Below, piece after piece: positions 1-11,330 of a DNA stretch of 64,000 nt. Position 1 is the first letter of the stretch, and every line of letters begins with the position of its first letter. This DNA is from Eledone cirrhosa (taxonomy: Eukaryota), in NCBI GenBank assembly GCA_964016885.1, contig OZ024764.1:5642001-5706000 (forward strand). Reading direction: 5' to 3'. Both the position numbers and the translations under genes were made by a program. The notes under the pieces are model-generated. The model had not been told where the DNA came from. It made no database searches and saw only the letters and a list, made by a program, of their open reading frames with translations.

Positions 1-1419
1 AGCTCTGATACTACAGACATGTGGGTAGAATGTCTCAGGAAAGAATCTCTGAATTGAGAGATCACAGCTCTGATACTACAGACATGTGGTTAGAATGTCT
101 CAGGAAAGAATCTCTGAATTGAGAGATCACAGCTCTGATACTACAGACATGTGGGTAGAATGTCTCAGGAAAGAATCTCTGAATTGAGAGATCACAGCTC
201 TGATACTACAGACATGTGGTTAGAATGTCTCAGGAGAGAATCTCTGGATTGAGAGACCACAGCTCTGATACTACAGACATGTGGTTATAATGTCTGAGGA
301 AAGAATCTCTGAATTGAGAGATCACAGCTCTGATACTACAGACATGCGGTTAGAATGTCTGAGGAAAGAATCTCTGAATTGAGAGATCACAGCTCTGATA
401 CTACAGACATGCGGTTAGAATGTCTCAAGAAAGAATCTCTGAATTGAGAGATCACAGTTCTGATACTACAGACATGTAGTTAGAATGTCTGAGGAAAGAA
501 TCTCTGAATTGAGAGATCACAGCTCTGATACTACAGACATGTGGTTAGAATGTCTCAGGAAAGAATCTCTGAATTGAGAGATCACAGCTCTGATACTACA
601 GACATGCGGTTAGAATGTCTCAGGAAAGAATCTCTGAATTGAGAGATCACAGCTCTGATACTACAGACATGTGGTCATGTGGTTAGAATGTCTCAAGAGA
701 GAATCTCTGGATTGAGAGATCACAGCTCTGATACTACAGACATGTGGTTAGAATGTCTCAGGAAAGAATCTCTGAATTGAGAGATCACAGCTCTGATACT
801 ACAGACATGCGGTTAGAATGTCTCAAGAAAGAATCTCTGAATTAAGAGATCACAGTTCTGATACTACAGACATGTAGTTAGAATGTCTGAGGAAAGAATC
901 TCTGAATTGAGAGATCACAGCTCTGATACTACAGACATGTGGTTAGAATGTCTCAGGAAAGAATCTCTGAATTGAGAGATCACAGCTCTGATACTACAGA
1001 CATGCGGTTAGAATGTCTCAAGAAAGAATCTCTGAATTGAGAGATCACAGCTCTGATACTACAGACATGTGGTTAGAATGTCTCAGGAGAGAATCTCTGA
1101 ATTGAGAGATCACAGTTCTGATACTACAGACATGTGATTAGAATGTCTCAAGAAAGAATCTCTGAATTGAGAGATCACAGCTCTGATACTACAGACATGT
1201 GGTTAGAATGTCTCAGGAAAGAATCTCTGAATTGAGAGATCACAGCTCTGATACTACAGACATGTGATTAGAATGTCTGAGGAAAGAATCTCTGAATTCA
1301 GAGATCACAGCTCTGATACTACAAACATGTGGTTAGAATGTCTCAGGAAAGAATCTCTGAATTGAGATATCACAGCTCTGATACTACAGACATGTGGTTA
1401 GAATGTCTTAGGAGAGAAT
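1..1419 (+). repeat. 65-bp tandem satellite (~22 copies, runs off the left window edge)
   Basis: Unit agctctgatactacagacatgtggttagaatgtctcaggaaagaatctctgaattgagagatcac starts at 1, 66, 131...; one 8-bp internal duplication near 670-680; decays into unique sequence at ~1419. Confidence 0.97.
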
Positions 1420-1741
1420 ATGTGGTCAGATGTTACTGGCAAAACCTCATGTTATCTACTATCAAAGATATATACTCCCATAATTATCTGTTATATATAT
1501 TTATAATATTTGTAAATCTAACTTTAGCTGCAGTATAGCAATTAGTACAATTTGATTTGTTTGAGGCAATCACAAAGCAATGGATCGGAAGTTAGAAAGA
1601 AACATTAAGTCCAGAGTTAAACACCGTAGTTATAAAATGTGACACCAAGAGAACCGACCGAAGGTACAAACAAGACATACAACAAAATAACGATATATAT
1701 TTAAAAGTTTTCATATATATATATATATGTCAGCATATAGG

Positions 1742-1788
1742 GAGAACACAGAGATATATGTTCAATCATATCTCTGTGTACTTCTCTA
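1742..1788. other. short DNA hairpin/palindrome
   Basis: gagaacacagagatat...atatctctgtgtacttctc, with 11-12 bp perfect arms. Confidence 0.6.
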
Positions 1789-1884
1789 GAGCCCGGAATC
1801 TATTCCTTGAGCTTATTAAATTATAGGGGATTAATGGGAGTCTTTAACTCCCTTTTTTAATTTGATATATATATATATATATAT

Positions 1885-2150
1885 AATTCAAAATATTAAC
1901 AAATATAAACATTCGTGTGATCAAGTATATTTTATTATACATATTTCAGAGGTACTGAGCTATCTTCAACAGTACGTCCTCATCAGATAAAATAAGATGA
2001 TGCATGACATACCTTGACTAAGTAGATGGTTAAAATTCAGTCATGGCAGTCATGAGGACGTACTGTTGAAGATAGCTCAGTACCTCTGAAATATGTATAA
2101 TAAAATATACTTGATCACACAAATGTCTATATTTGTTAATATTTTGAATT
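1885..2150. repeat. long inverted repeat (~100-bp arms, ~68-bp spacer), probably a Penelope-like element terminus
   Basis: 1885-1983 is the near-perfect reverse complement of 2052-2150; the arms carry a hammerhead core, which is typical of PLE pLTRs. Confidence 0.8.
1928..1994 (-). ncRNA. minimal type-I hammerhead ribozyme
   Basis: Minus strand reads UAUUUUAU (helix I) - CUGAUGA - GGACGUACUG/loop/CAGUACCUCU (helix II) - GAAA - palindromic AUAUGUAU (helix III) - A17 - AUAAAAUA (helix I'). Confidence 0.75.
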
Positions 2151-2254
2151 AATATTAATAACTCGGGAAAACCATAGCTGTGGAGTGCTTCTAATCTATT
2201 GTAAAACTTTATTCATTGATTTATTCATTGAACCTGGTTTAACCTTTAAATATA

Positions 2255-2660
2255 TATATCTTTGGGGCCATTGCTCAATCACCCAGAAGACGAAGCTCCG
2301 TAATTACAATGCATCGGTTCTCTCAGTTCTCCTCTTTGAAGCAGAAACGTGGCCCCTCACAAAGATCCTGGTAAAGAGGATTGACAGCTTCGATAGCAGA
2401 GCGCTGAGGACCATGAAGAATATCAAATGGGGCCACCATGTTTCCAGCAAAGTTTTGCATGGATCAGCCCACAGCTTCCCGCCCAATGTGCTTCTGCGGA
2501 AATATCTTCCGATTACCTGGGCCTTAAAGTAGCTGCAGGGTGGAAGAGGGCCGACAGCAGGCCCCACCAGCAATGCAGGAGGCTGGTGCACCTGGTCGGG
2601 TCTACGCACAACGATGCTTTAGGATCGTTGGCTTAGGATGACTCCGACCTCGTCGAGCAA
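2255..2660 (+). mobile_element. non-LTR retrotransposon (RTE-like) ORF C-terminal fragment, degenerate
   Basis: Translation TKLRNYNASVLSVLLFEAETWPLTKILVKRIDSFDSRALR matches the conserved post-RT LLYG.ETW region of RTE/L2-type LINEs. Confidence 0.75.
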
Positions 2661-2663
2661 GAA

Positions 2664-2863
2664 TACATACACAGTTACCTATGTGTGTGTGTGTGTGTAT
2701 ATATATATGCACACGTTTATATATACACACAATCACACATACATTTATACAATACATACACAGTTACCTATGTGTGTGTGTATATATATATATACATATA
2801 TGCACACGTTTATATATACACACAATCACACATACATTTATACAATACATACACAGTTACCTA

Positions 2864-2914
<51 letters not shown>

Positions 2915-2970
2915 GTTTATATATACACACAATCACACATACATTTATACAATACATACACAGTTACCTA

Positions 2971-3001
<31 letters not shown>

Positions 3002-3033
3002 GCACACGTTTATATATACACACAATCACACAT
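2664..3033. repeat. compound minisatellite (~85-105 bp unit with variable (TG)n(TA)n)
   Basis: ~4 copies of acacagttacctatgtgtg..tatatgcacacgtttatatatacacacaatcacacatacatttatacaatacat. Confidence 0.9.
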
Positions 3034-4583
3034 ATGCCCTCTTCCTTGTGAGGCAATTACAGGAAAAGTACCTAGCTAAAAGTAAGCCACTCTACTTGGC
3101 ATTTGTCGACCTTGAGAAAGCCTTTGACAGAGTTCCACGTGCTGTAATCATGTATAGAGGAGCAGTCAGCAAAGTTAGGATTAGCAATGAGTATAGCGAG
3201 GAATTTAGCGTACAGGTTGGGGTCCACCAGGGCTCTGTTCTTAGCCCTCTTCTGTTCATCATAGTCCTGCAGGCAATAACGGAGGAATTTAAGACCGGAT
3301 GCCCATGGGAACTCCTGTATGCTGATGACCTCGCACTCATAGCTGAATCTATGATAGAACTAGAGAATAAATTCCAAACCTGGAAGCAGGGACTAGAGAG
3401 AAAGGGTCTCAAAGTCAACATGACAAAGACTAAGGTCCTTGTAAGTAGACGAGAAAACAGAACCCAGATCCCCTCAGGGAAATGGCCTTGCTCAGTATGT
3501 AGGAAAGGTGTAGGTAGGAACTCCATTCTCTGCCCCCAAAGGCAAACAATGGGTACACAAGAGATGTAGCGGGATCTCAGGAAGCTTAATTAAGAATGTA
3601 GGATTCACATGCAGCAGCTGTACTGAAACAGCAAGCAGCAAACAGCCACAGGAAACAAGCACCACCAATCTCTGGGAGGGCCCTGTAGAAACAGTAGACA
3701 GCTTCTGCTACCTAGGTGACCGAATTAGCAACGGAGGTGGGTGTTCAGAAAGTACAATAACTAGGGTAAGAACGGGATGGAAGAAGTTTAGGGAACTACT
3801 ACCACTGCTAGCTGCAAAAGGCTTCTCCCTCAGAATGAAAGGCAGACTGTATGATGCGTGTATCCGAACAGCGATGTTGCATGGTAGTGAGACCTGGGCG
3901 CTGAAGGTGGAAGACTTACGTAGATTAGAGAGAAACGAAGCCTGCATGCTCCGATGGATGTGTAACAGTAATATACGTGAACGACAAAGCATAAATGAAT
4001 TGAGAGAAAGACTGAGCATAAGAGGAATCAAATGCTGTGTGCAGGAGAAGCGGTTGCGCTGGTATGGACATGTGATGCGTATGAAGGATGACAGCTGCAT
4101 AAAAAGGTGCAGAGCACTAGAAGTTGATGGAAACCGCGGAGTGGGGAGACCTAAGATGACCTGGGATGAGGTGATAAAAGCCGACCTTACCCAATTACAC
4201 CTCTCAAAGACAATGACACACGACCGTGACTTCTGGCGTCACGCAGTAATACAGAGTACCCGACCTCCCAAAGGTACATGCTGAAGCATATAAACAATAT
4301 GCCCCCACACCCCCCACCGCAAGGTGGTCGTGGAGGTGCCACGGCAAAAAAGCACCCAGCCCACACTGTAAAGTGGACGTGTAGGCGCCACGAAAAAGCA
4401 CCCAACACTCACTGTAAATGAGGTTGGTGTTAGGAAGGGCATCCAGCTGTAGAAATCAAGCCAGATCAGTTCCTGTATGAGCAAGGCATGGTCAGCCGAC
4501 CAGACACTGCACACAACAGGACAACCCATCTAACCCATGCTAGCGTGGAAGAACGGACGTAAAACGGTGATGATGATGATGAT
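3034..4583 (+). mobile_element. 5'-truncated RTE-clade LINE (reverse transcriptase pseudogene, 3' UTR, (GAT)n tail)
   Basis: RT motifs FVDLEKAFDRV, GVHQGSVLSPLLF, LLYADD; Cys-rich insert WPCSVCRKGVG..; frameshift near 3540; C-terminus LRWYGHVMR..GRPKMTW with stop at 4284; 3' end taacccatgctagcgtgga..ggacgtaaaacggtgatgatgatg. Confidence 0.95.
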
Positions 4584-4596
4584 ACACAGTTACCTA

Positions 4597-4641
<45 letters not shown>

Positions 4642-4697
4642 GTTTATATATACACACAATCACACATACATTTATACAATACATACACAGTTACCTA

Positions 4698-4744
<47 letters not shown>

Positions 4745-4800
4745 GTTTATATATACACACAATCACACATACATTTATACAATACATACACACATACATT
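4584..4800. repeat. continuation of the compound minisatellite (2+ copies)
   Basis: Same unit as 2664-3033 resumes directly after the LINE tail. Confidence 0.9.
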
Positions 4801-4801
4801 A

Positions 4802-4834
4802 TCATGCAAGCGTGGAACATGGACGTTAAACGAT
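4802..4834 (+). mobile_element. extremely truncated RTE 3' end
   Basis: catgcaagcgtggaacatggacgttaaacgat resembles the 3' terminus at 4536-4570. Confidence 0.55.
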
Positions 4835-4841
4835 AAATATT

Positions 4842-5234
4842 CACACATTTATATATACATACAATCACACATATATACACACACACACACACATATATAT
4901 ATACACACAATCACATTATATATAGACACTCAATCACATATATACACACACAATCACACATATATATATACACACACAATCACACATTTTTATATATATA
5001 TATATATATACACACACAATCATTACATATAAACACACAATCACATATATACACACACAATCACATATATATACACACACAATCACATTATATATATACA
5101 CACACAATCACACATATATACACACAATCACACATATATACACACAATCACATATATATATATACACACAATCACACATATATACACACAATCACATATA
5201 TATACACACACAATCACATATATACACACACAAT

Positions 5235-5280
<46 letters not shown>

Positions 5281-5715
5281 ATCACACATATATATACACA
5301 CAATCACATATATATATACATACACAATCACACATATATACACACAATCACACATATATATATATATATATACACACATATATCTACACACACAATCACA
5401 TATATATATATACACACACATATATATACACACACAATCACACATTTATATACACACACAATCACATTATATATATACACATAATCACACATATATACAG
5501 ACACAATCACATATATATATATACACACAATCACACATACACACAATCACATATATGTATACACACAATCACATATATATATACACACAATCACACCATA
5601 TATATATACACACACAATCACACATATATATACACACACAATCACATTATATATACACACACAATCACACATTATATATATACACACAATCACACATTAT
5701 ATATATACACACAAT

Positions 5716-5765
<50 letters not shown>

Positions 5766-5812
5766 ATCACACATTATATATATATACACACAATCACACA
5801 CATATATATACA
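4842..5812. repeat. degenerate (CA)n/(TA)n/cacaat compound microsatellite
   Basis: ~1 kb of acacaatcacatatatat-type units. Confidence 0.95.
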
Positions 5813-5935
5813 ACCACAACAGGTACTGTCGTCTGCTTTTAACCAATTTCTAAAAGTCGCCATCTTTTCAAGTCAAACATATATCCATACAGGTTTAAAA
5901 GTGCCCTAGACACACCATATGACGGTGCCCCTCGC

Positions 5936-6020
5936 TCTCAGTTCAAATCCCTCCGGGGTCAAATTTGCCTTTCATCCTTTCGAGGTCGATAAAGTACCAG
6001 TCCTGTACTGGTGTCGATTC
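5936..6020 (+). mobile_element. octopod-type tRNA-derived SINE, partial
   Basis: B-box-like gttcaaatccc followed by tttgcctttcatcctttcgaggtcgataaagtaccag. Confidence 0.7.
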
Positions 6021-6034
6021 TTCCACTATAGAAA

Positions 6035-6220
6035 TAATTGTTTCTACTTTTTGGCACAAGGCCAGCAATTACCCCAGTCTATTACTGGTACTTTATTTTA
6101 TCGACCCCCGTAAGGATGAAAGGCAAAGTTAACCTCGGCGGGATTTGAACTCAGAATGGCAAGGGCCGTAGCTCTATGCGTCAAAGCATGGCGTCCGACC
6201 CTCCACTGATATTGCCAATA
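6035..6220 (-). mobile_element. octopod-type tRNA-derived SINE
   Basis: Reverse complement of the 12755-12970 family; gagttcaaatcccgccgagg core. Confidence 0.85.
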
Positions 6221-6363
6221 CTAGAAATAATCAGCTGTGTTCAGACCTTGGAGAGGTTTGGGCTCCGTCAGGTTTAAATGTGCCCTAGACACACTGTGTG
6301 ACGGTACCTCTACGATTACACAAGGAGTTATGGGATCTTTATCATTATATCCTTATAATTTAA

Positions 6364-6553
6364 ATTGTTTCTACTTTTTGGCACAAGGCCAGCAATTACC
6401 CCAGTGCATTACTGGTACTTTATTTTATCGACCCCGTAAGGATGAAAGGCAAAGTTAACCTCGGCGGGATTTGAACTCAGAATGGCAAAGGCTGTAACTC
6501 TATGCGTCAAAGCCTAACGTCCGACCCTCCACCGATATTGCCAATCCACCGCC
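6364..6553 (-). mobile_element. octopod-type tRNA-derived SINE, full length
   Basis: Same family; 5' end ggcggtggattggcaatatcgg on the minus strand. Confidence 0.85.
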
Positions 6554-6557
6554 ATTC

Positions 6558-6688
6558 GAACGCCATGTTGTCTAGCAGAGTTACGGCCGAGGTTAACTTT
6601 GCCTTTAATCCTTACGGGGTCGATAAAATAAAAGTACCAGTAATGTACTGGAATAATTGCTGGCCTTGTGCCAAAAGTAGAAACAATT
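6558..6688 (+). mobile_element. octopod-type SINE, 5'-truncated with internal deletion
   Basis: gagttacggccgaggttaactttgcc..ggccttgtgccaaaagtagaaacaatt; head-to-head with the previous copy. Confidence 0.8.
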
Positions 6689-7194
6689 ATAATTTAAATA
6701 ATAAAGCCATCTTTAATTGACTTGAAACAACAACAAGGTACAGCGAGAATACATTCCACCACATCTTGTTAGAGTTAGGATGGATTTCGAGAGCAAAAAT
6801 GAGCCTAAAAGCATAAAGATGAATTAATTCTGATAGAATTCCTAACGTATATGTATATAAATATATAGAGAGAGATAGGTGAAAATGAAGACATATATAT
6901 ATATAATATATATTACCTGTTGAAATGAGTTGCGGCGTCTCTAGTTTTAAGTCATGTCAGCCATTGCTTTACCTTGGACAAGATGGGTGTGAAGGGGGAG
7001 ATGGGGGAGGAGGAGATGAGATAGAGGGGGAAGGTGGCAGGGGAGAGGGGAGGAGGTGTCGGGAGGGTGGTGGTGGGAAGAGGGGGTATGGAGTGATGGC
7101 AGTAAGAGGTGGGGGAGAGGCTGGTCTTCCACAAACACACCTTGTCCCCACCTTTTGTGTCTCAGAAGGGGGAACTTTCTAGATAGAAATCCTA

Positions 7195-7537
7195 TCATTG
7201 CGATTACTACCAAATTACTGTCAAATTTCCCTGTACATCTACTGCATATGTAGTTTTCCCTACTTGTTAGTTTGCCTGCTATCCCACTACATCTCTTGTG
7301 TACCCAAGATCTACATTGTGTACATTTTATAGAATTTATGCCAGTTCCTTTTCTACATATCGAACATGGCCATTCCTCTGATGGATCAGAGTTTTGTCCT
7401 CTTTTCTACTTATCAACACTTTAGTCTTAGCTAGGTTCACTCTCAGTCCTCTTGATTCCAACTGATATTTCCATAGTAGGAATTTATTCTCTAGCTCCTC
7501 TACTGATTCTGCTATAAGAACCAGATCATCAGCAGCC
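7195..7537 (-). mobile_element. RTE LINE internal fragment
   Basis: ADDLVLIAESVEELENKF..GLRVNLAKTKVL; closely similar to 14720-15040. Confidence 0.9.
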
Positions 7538-8123
7538 CAGCTTCTCAAACATCACAGACTGGAATAAATACTTTGACGATAATTACTGGTAGTTTAGCTT
7601 TTATTTCGTTCGTCTACGGAAACAGTGACCCTCACTTTTACTACAGCAAGCAGGATGTTGGAGGGAGACAAAAACATCTCTAACTGGGGTCTCACAAATG
7701 TGACGGTTAGTTTTGAAAATATATATACAAGATACAAGACAAATGACTAGACTAAATTATATTTGATAGGGAATAAAGAGTAGAATATTCTAGTCTGTGG
7801 TGTTGGAGGAGATAGGTCGCTGACAACGAGGTTGTAGTGGCTGAGATGGTCGCTTGGTAGCTAGCAGTTGCCTCCCCTTAACAACCCTTCAGGGAAGGGA
7901 GGCAAAAATACACCCGGACACAGCCACAGGTTCACTCACTCTTTCTGGACCACGGACATGAACAGACGTGGAAAGATCCGCTCCTCAAAATATTGACGTT
8001 GTAGGAAATTTACTAAATTATTGCATTAAATAAAATGATTGTTAGACTTGGTTGTGCATTTATTTATTCGACAAAGAGAAACATCACTTTTCTTTAAGGT
8101 TCTTATCATCGTTGGCAGCTCTC

Positions 8124-8214
8124 CTTACCGAGGTGTCAGGTGATACATATGAGGGTGTTTGGTAGTTCCTTACCGAGGTGTCAGGTGATACATATGAGGG
8201 TCTTTGGTAGTTCC
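8124..8214. repeat. tandem duplication, 2 x ~44 bp
   Basis: ccttaccgaggtgtcaggtgatacatatgagggt(g/c)tttggtagtt occurs twice. Confidence 0.9.
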
Positions 8215-8891
8215 AACATCTTAGCCTTGCTATCACTCGAGGTAAGACTACCTCATAAAGTATTAGAAGGAGACTCCAGCATTCCATGTGATGTGAGACT
8301 GATTGACAGAGTGTTGACTTAATATTTTCATTTGTTGTGATTCTATGTGAAATATATCTCTATGTAAGTAACTTGGTTACGTGAATCATTGTGAATACCT
8401 AAACAGAAATCTACTTAGGACACAAAGTAAAGCAGATTCCATTGAACGATGTATCAAAACGTATATAAAAAACAAGAGGGGTTGTAACGAGAGTTGTCTC
8501 CCCTTACACATGTTGTATTTATGTGTGTGTGTGTATATATATACATATTCGATATGTCTCATATGAAATAATACAGCCAATTTTCCACGCAATACTTTTA
8601 GTTAGCACCCCGAACGCATAATAGGGAATATAATCACTTATTTCCTAATGTTTGTTGAGTGAGTTGGAACTTGGCCGGAGTATCGCTAAAAAGCTTTCTC
8701 CGATATTGTATTTATTTACATATACATATATATAAAGGGCCGTGTTTCAGGGAACAAGACCCCCCCCCCCCCCCCCGCTTTTCAGGAATGGGGAACAAAC
8801 CATCTTTTGTTTATTTGATATAATAAATTCTTTTCATGCTTATTTTTTTTTTATATGCAAACTTCATTTGAATATATAAAATTTAATAATG

Positions 8892-9103
8892 ATTTCTGAT
8901 TTAGGTACAAGGACAACAATTAGGGGTGGGGAAGTCGATTAAATCGACCCCACTATATTACTGGTGCTTTATTTATTGACGCCGTAAGGATGGAAGGCAA
9001 AGCTAACTTCGGTAGGATTTGAACTCAGACCGTAAAAGGCCGTAACTCTGTGCCGTAAAGCATATTGTCCGACGCTCTACCGATACTGCCAATACACAGC
9101 CAT
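8892..9103 (-). mobile_element. octopod-type tRNA-derived SINE, full length
   Basis: Same family; possible TSD aatttaataa on both sides. Confidence 0.85.
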
Positions 9104-9114
9104 GAATGAATTTA

Positions 9115-9330
9115 ATAAAGCCACCTGACTATCGTTAACCTGTTGTGTGTAGGTCACTTAATCTGGATGGAGATCACCTTTGTTGTTCTTCCTCTACCAG
9201 ATCCAGCTGGAACTCCTCTCCACCTCCTCTGCTATAGTCTTTAGTACTTTGGTCCTGTTCCACCCAGTTACTCAGAGATATTTCATGAGATTGTAGGCAG
9301 ATATTTCTACCAACCCTCTCCCTCCAGCCT
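9115..9330 (-). mobile_element. 3' end of an RLE-type (Hero-like) non-LTR retrotransposon, degenerate
   Basis: Minus frame AGGRGLVEISAYNLMKYL*VTGWNRTKVLKTIAEEVERSSSWIW*RKN resembles the EVG.RGF...AE.SS.WIW C-terminus of Hero-clade elements. Confidence 0.65.
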
Positions 9331-9649
9331 GTGGGGTGAGGACTGTGACAGGGAAACCTACTTTTTAAAGAACTTTCTCTTTCCTGTATGTCTGTCATTC
9401 TCGTAATCATAGCTGAAGTATTGATCAGTGTTAACAGATCGATATCGATTAACTTTTCCCCACGTGAATTCTCAATTATTAGGTGAGAGAGTGACATCTT
9501 AGGCAAGTGTCATCATAACCGCCAGGTGACCCATGTACTGTCAGTGAAATTAAATTTAGTAGACAGAAACTGTCTGGAAGCCTGTAATGGACTGTACCTG
9601 TAATTAAGTCAGTCTTGTCAGACACCATGTCAAACTTCAGTATTTCTTC

Positions 9650-9885
9650 CCATAATGGTTACAGTGTTGGACTTACAATCATAATGTAATAAGTTCGATT
9701 CCTGGATCGTGTTGTGTTCTTGAGCAAAACACTTCATTTCACGTGGCTCCAGTATACTTAGCTGAAAATGAGTACCAGCAGTATCTTTGGGATGTACCTC
9801 TGTGATAAACTGGCGTTCTGTCCAGCTGAGAGTCCTGTATTTTCAGCCAACTGACTCGGTTAAGCACCGGTCTAATGAGCCTCCT
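9650..9885 (+). mobile_element. second tRNA-derived SINE family (conserved-central-domain type)
   Basis: gttcgattcctgg B-box, then gtgttgtgttcttgagcaaaacactt..aaatgagtacc..gtgataaactggcgttctgtccag. Confidence 0.7.
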
Positions 9886-10249
9886 AGTTTAAGACAAACT
9901 TTAACCTTGCAATCGACTGTCGTCCTATCCAGGTGAAGTCTCTTCTTACCTTATTCCTAATGAAATACACAGACCAAGTGTTCCAATTCGTGTTGAAAAT
10001 AAACATTTCGGTGTATTTAAATGCTTCTTTCAAGATCTTAAATTGTTGATTCAATTCTTCAACCGTACTAAATATTTTTTTAAACTGTTGTAAATTCATT
10101 TTGTATTCTGCAACATCCAGGGGGGGGGGGGGTCTCATGAGGTTTTCTCGGGTGTTTTAACGATAGGGTCCACAGTGCAGTTATTCAATCCCCACTCCTA
10201 CACACATATATATTATATCTGCAAACCTTTCTACTGCACAAGCTCTTGA

Positions 10250-10610
10250 TATTTGGCCTTCCTATCACGAACTCCTATAGAGATTTGAGAGTGATCCTGG
10301 GCAGGCGATGATCCTTCATCCTAGAGACGTGCCCTGCCCAGCGTATTTAGGAGTTCAGCTTCGTGTTTAATCTTCCACACGTCAGTACAGTCTACCAAAT
10401 TCACTGCTCACCTTTGCCAGTCTGTTGCTGATTTCCCTGTCGATCTTGGCATCCGATGTGAAGATGCACCCCAGGTAGCTGAAATGATGGACTGTTTTCA
10501 TTTCAATCCCGCCAATTGTGATATGGGGAGGGTGGTACACTTCCTGAGGTGCAGGATGGTGGAATACCCCCATCTTCTTTAAGCTTACTTACAGTCCAGA
10601 GAGCTGGAAG
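10250..10610 (-). mobile_element. RTE (BovB-like) LINE fragment, internally deleted
   Basis: GL.VSLKK..HITIGG..FSYLGC..DAKIDREISNRLAK..FGRL, then RWAGHVSRMKDHRLP in another frame. Confidence 0.85.
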
Positions 10611-10769
10611 TGATACGCAACAAGACTCTTTCTCTGTGATAAAAGAATGGGCCTGTCTTTTAACGTCCTTTATATAGATTATATTGTGAGACCTGTCACA
10701 CCATACGACCCACAGTTACATCTAAGGATACGTCCTTTATATACAGTATATTATACATGGTGAAGCTCA

Positions 10770-10945
10770 ATGGAGCAAATCATACAACGAAGAGCAACAA
10801 CCCTGGATTCTTCAACAGACAGTAATGAACATAATCGAGACCATCAAGAAAGGCAAACATTGATGGGCTGGCCACGTCTCCTCAGAGACAATAGGTAAGC
10901 TATTAGAGTGATAGAGTGGACACCAAGGTACTGAAGAAGAACCAG
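10770..10945 (+). mobile_element. RTE LINE C-terminal fragment, degenerate
   Basis: Reading across frameshifts gives WILQQT..NIIETIKKGKH*WAGHVS..DNR*AIRVIEWTPR. Confidence 0.7.
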
Positions 10946-11129
10946 TGTGTATATATTACCAACAAGTACAAATGGTCCAGTGTCTGACAAAATAATGAAC
11001 ACTTCTTAGACTATTAAGACGAAAACAAAACTTTAAAATGATTGGTTATGAAGGGAACTAAGAAGGTAAGATCATTAGAAAATTTCTGAAGATCCCTAAG
11101 CCCGTGTCTATAAAGTTTGCTTGGCGTTA

Positions 11130-11330
11130 ATCAACTGAAAGTACGAGACTTTCTCTGGATAGGACGCCAGTCTATGGCAGGGTTAAACCCCAAGATACTG
11201 CTGGTACTCATTTTCAGCTAAGTATACTGGAGCCACGTGAAATGAAGTGGTTTTCTCAAGAACACAACACGATCCAGGAATGGAACTTATCACATTATGA
11301 TCCTAAGTCCAACACTGTCACCACTATGGG
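11130..11330 (-). mobile_element. second SINE family copy, inverted relative to 9650-9885
   Basis: Reverse-complement match including ctgctggtactcattttcagctaagtatactggagccacgtgaaatgaagtg. Confidence 0.75.

Noticed and set aside
2685-4284. Functional reverse transcriptase gene
   Set aside because: 5'-truncated, internally deleted and frameshifted; the ORF start lies in a microsatellite
2638-5842. His/Tyr/Ile/Thr- or Cys/Val-rich ORFs
   Set aside because: Translations of (CA)n/(TA)n microsatellites
6925-7253. Gly/Pro-rich ORFs
   Set aside because: Purine-rich low-complexity tract; no domain evidence
7560-7990. LTR retrotransposon remnant
   Set aside because: Only weak hints (aataaa, purine tract); no paired LTR, PBS or coding motif recognisable
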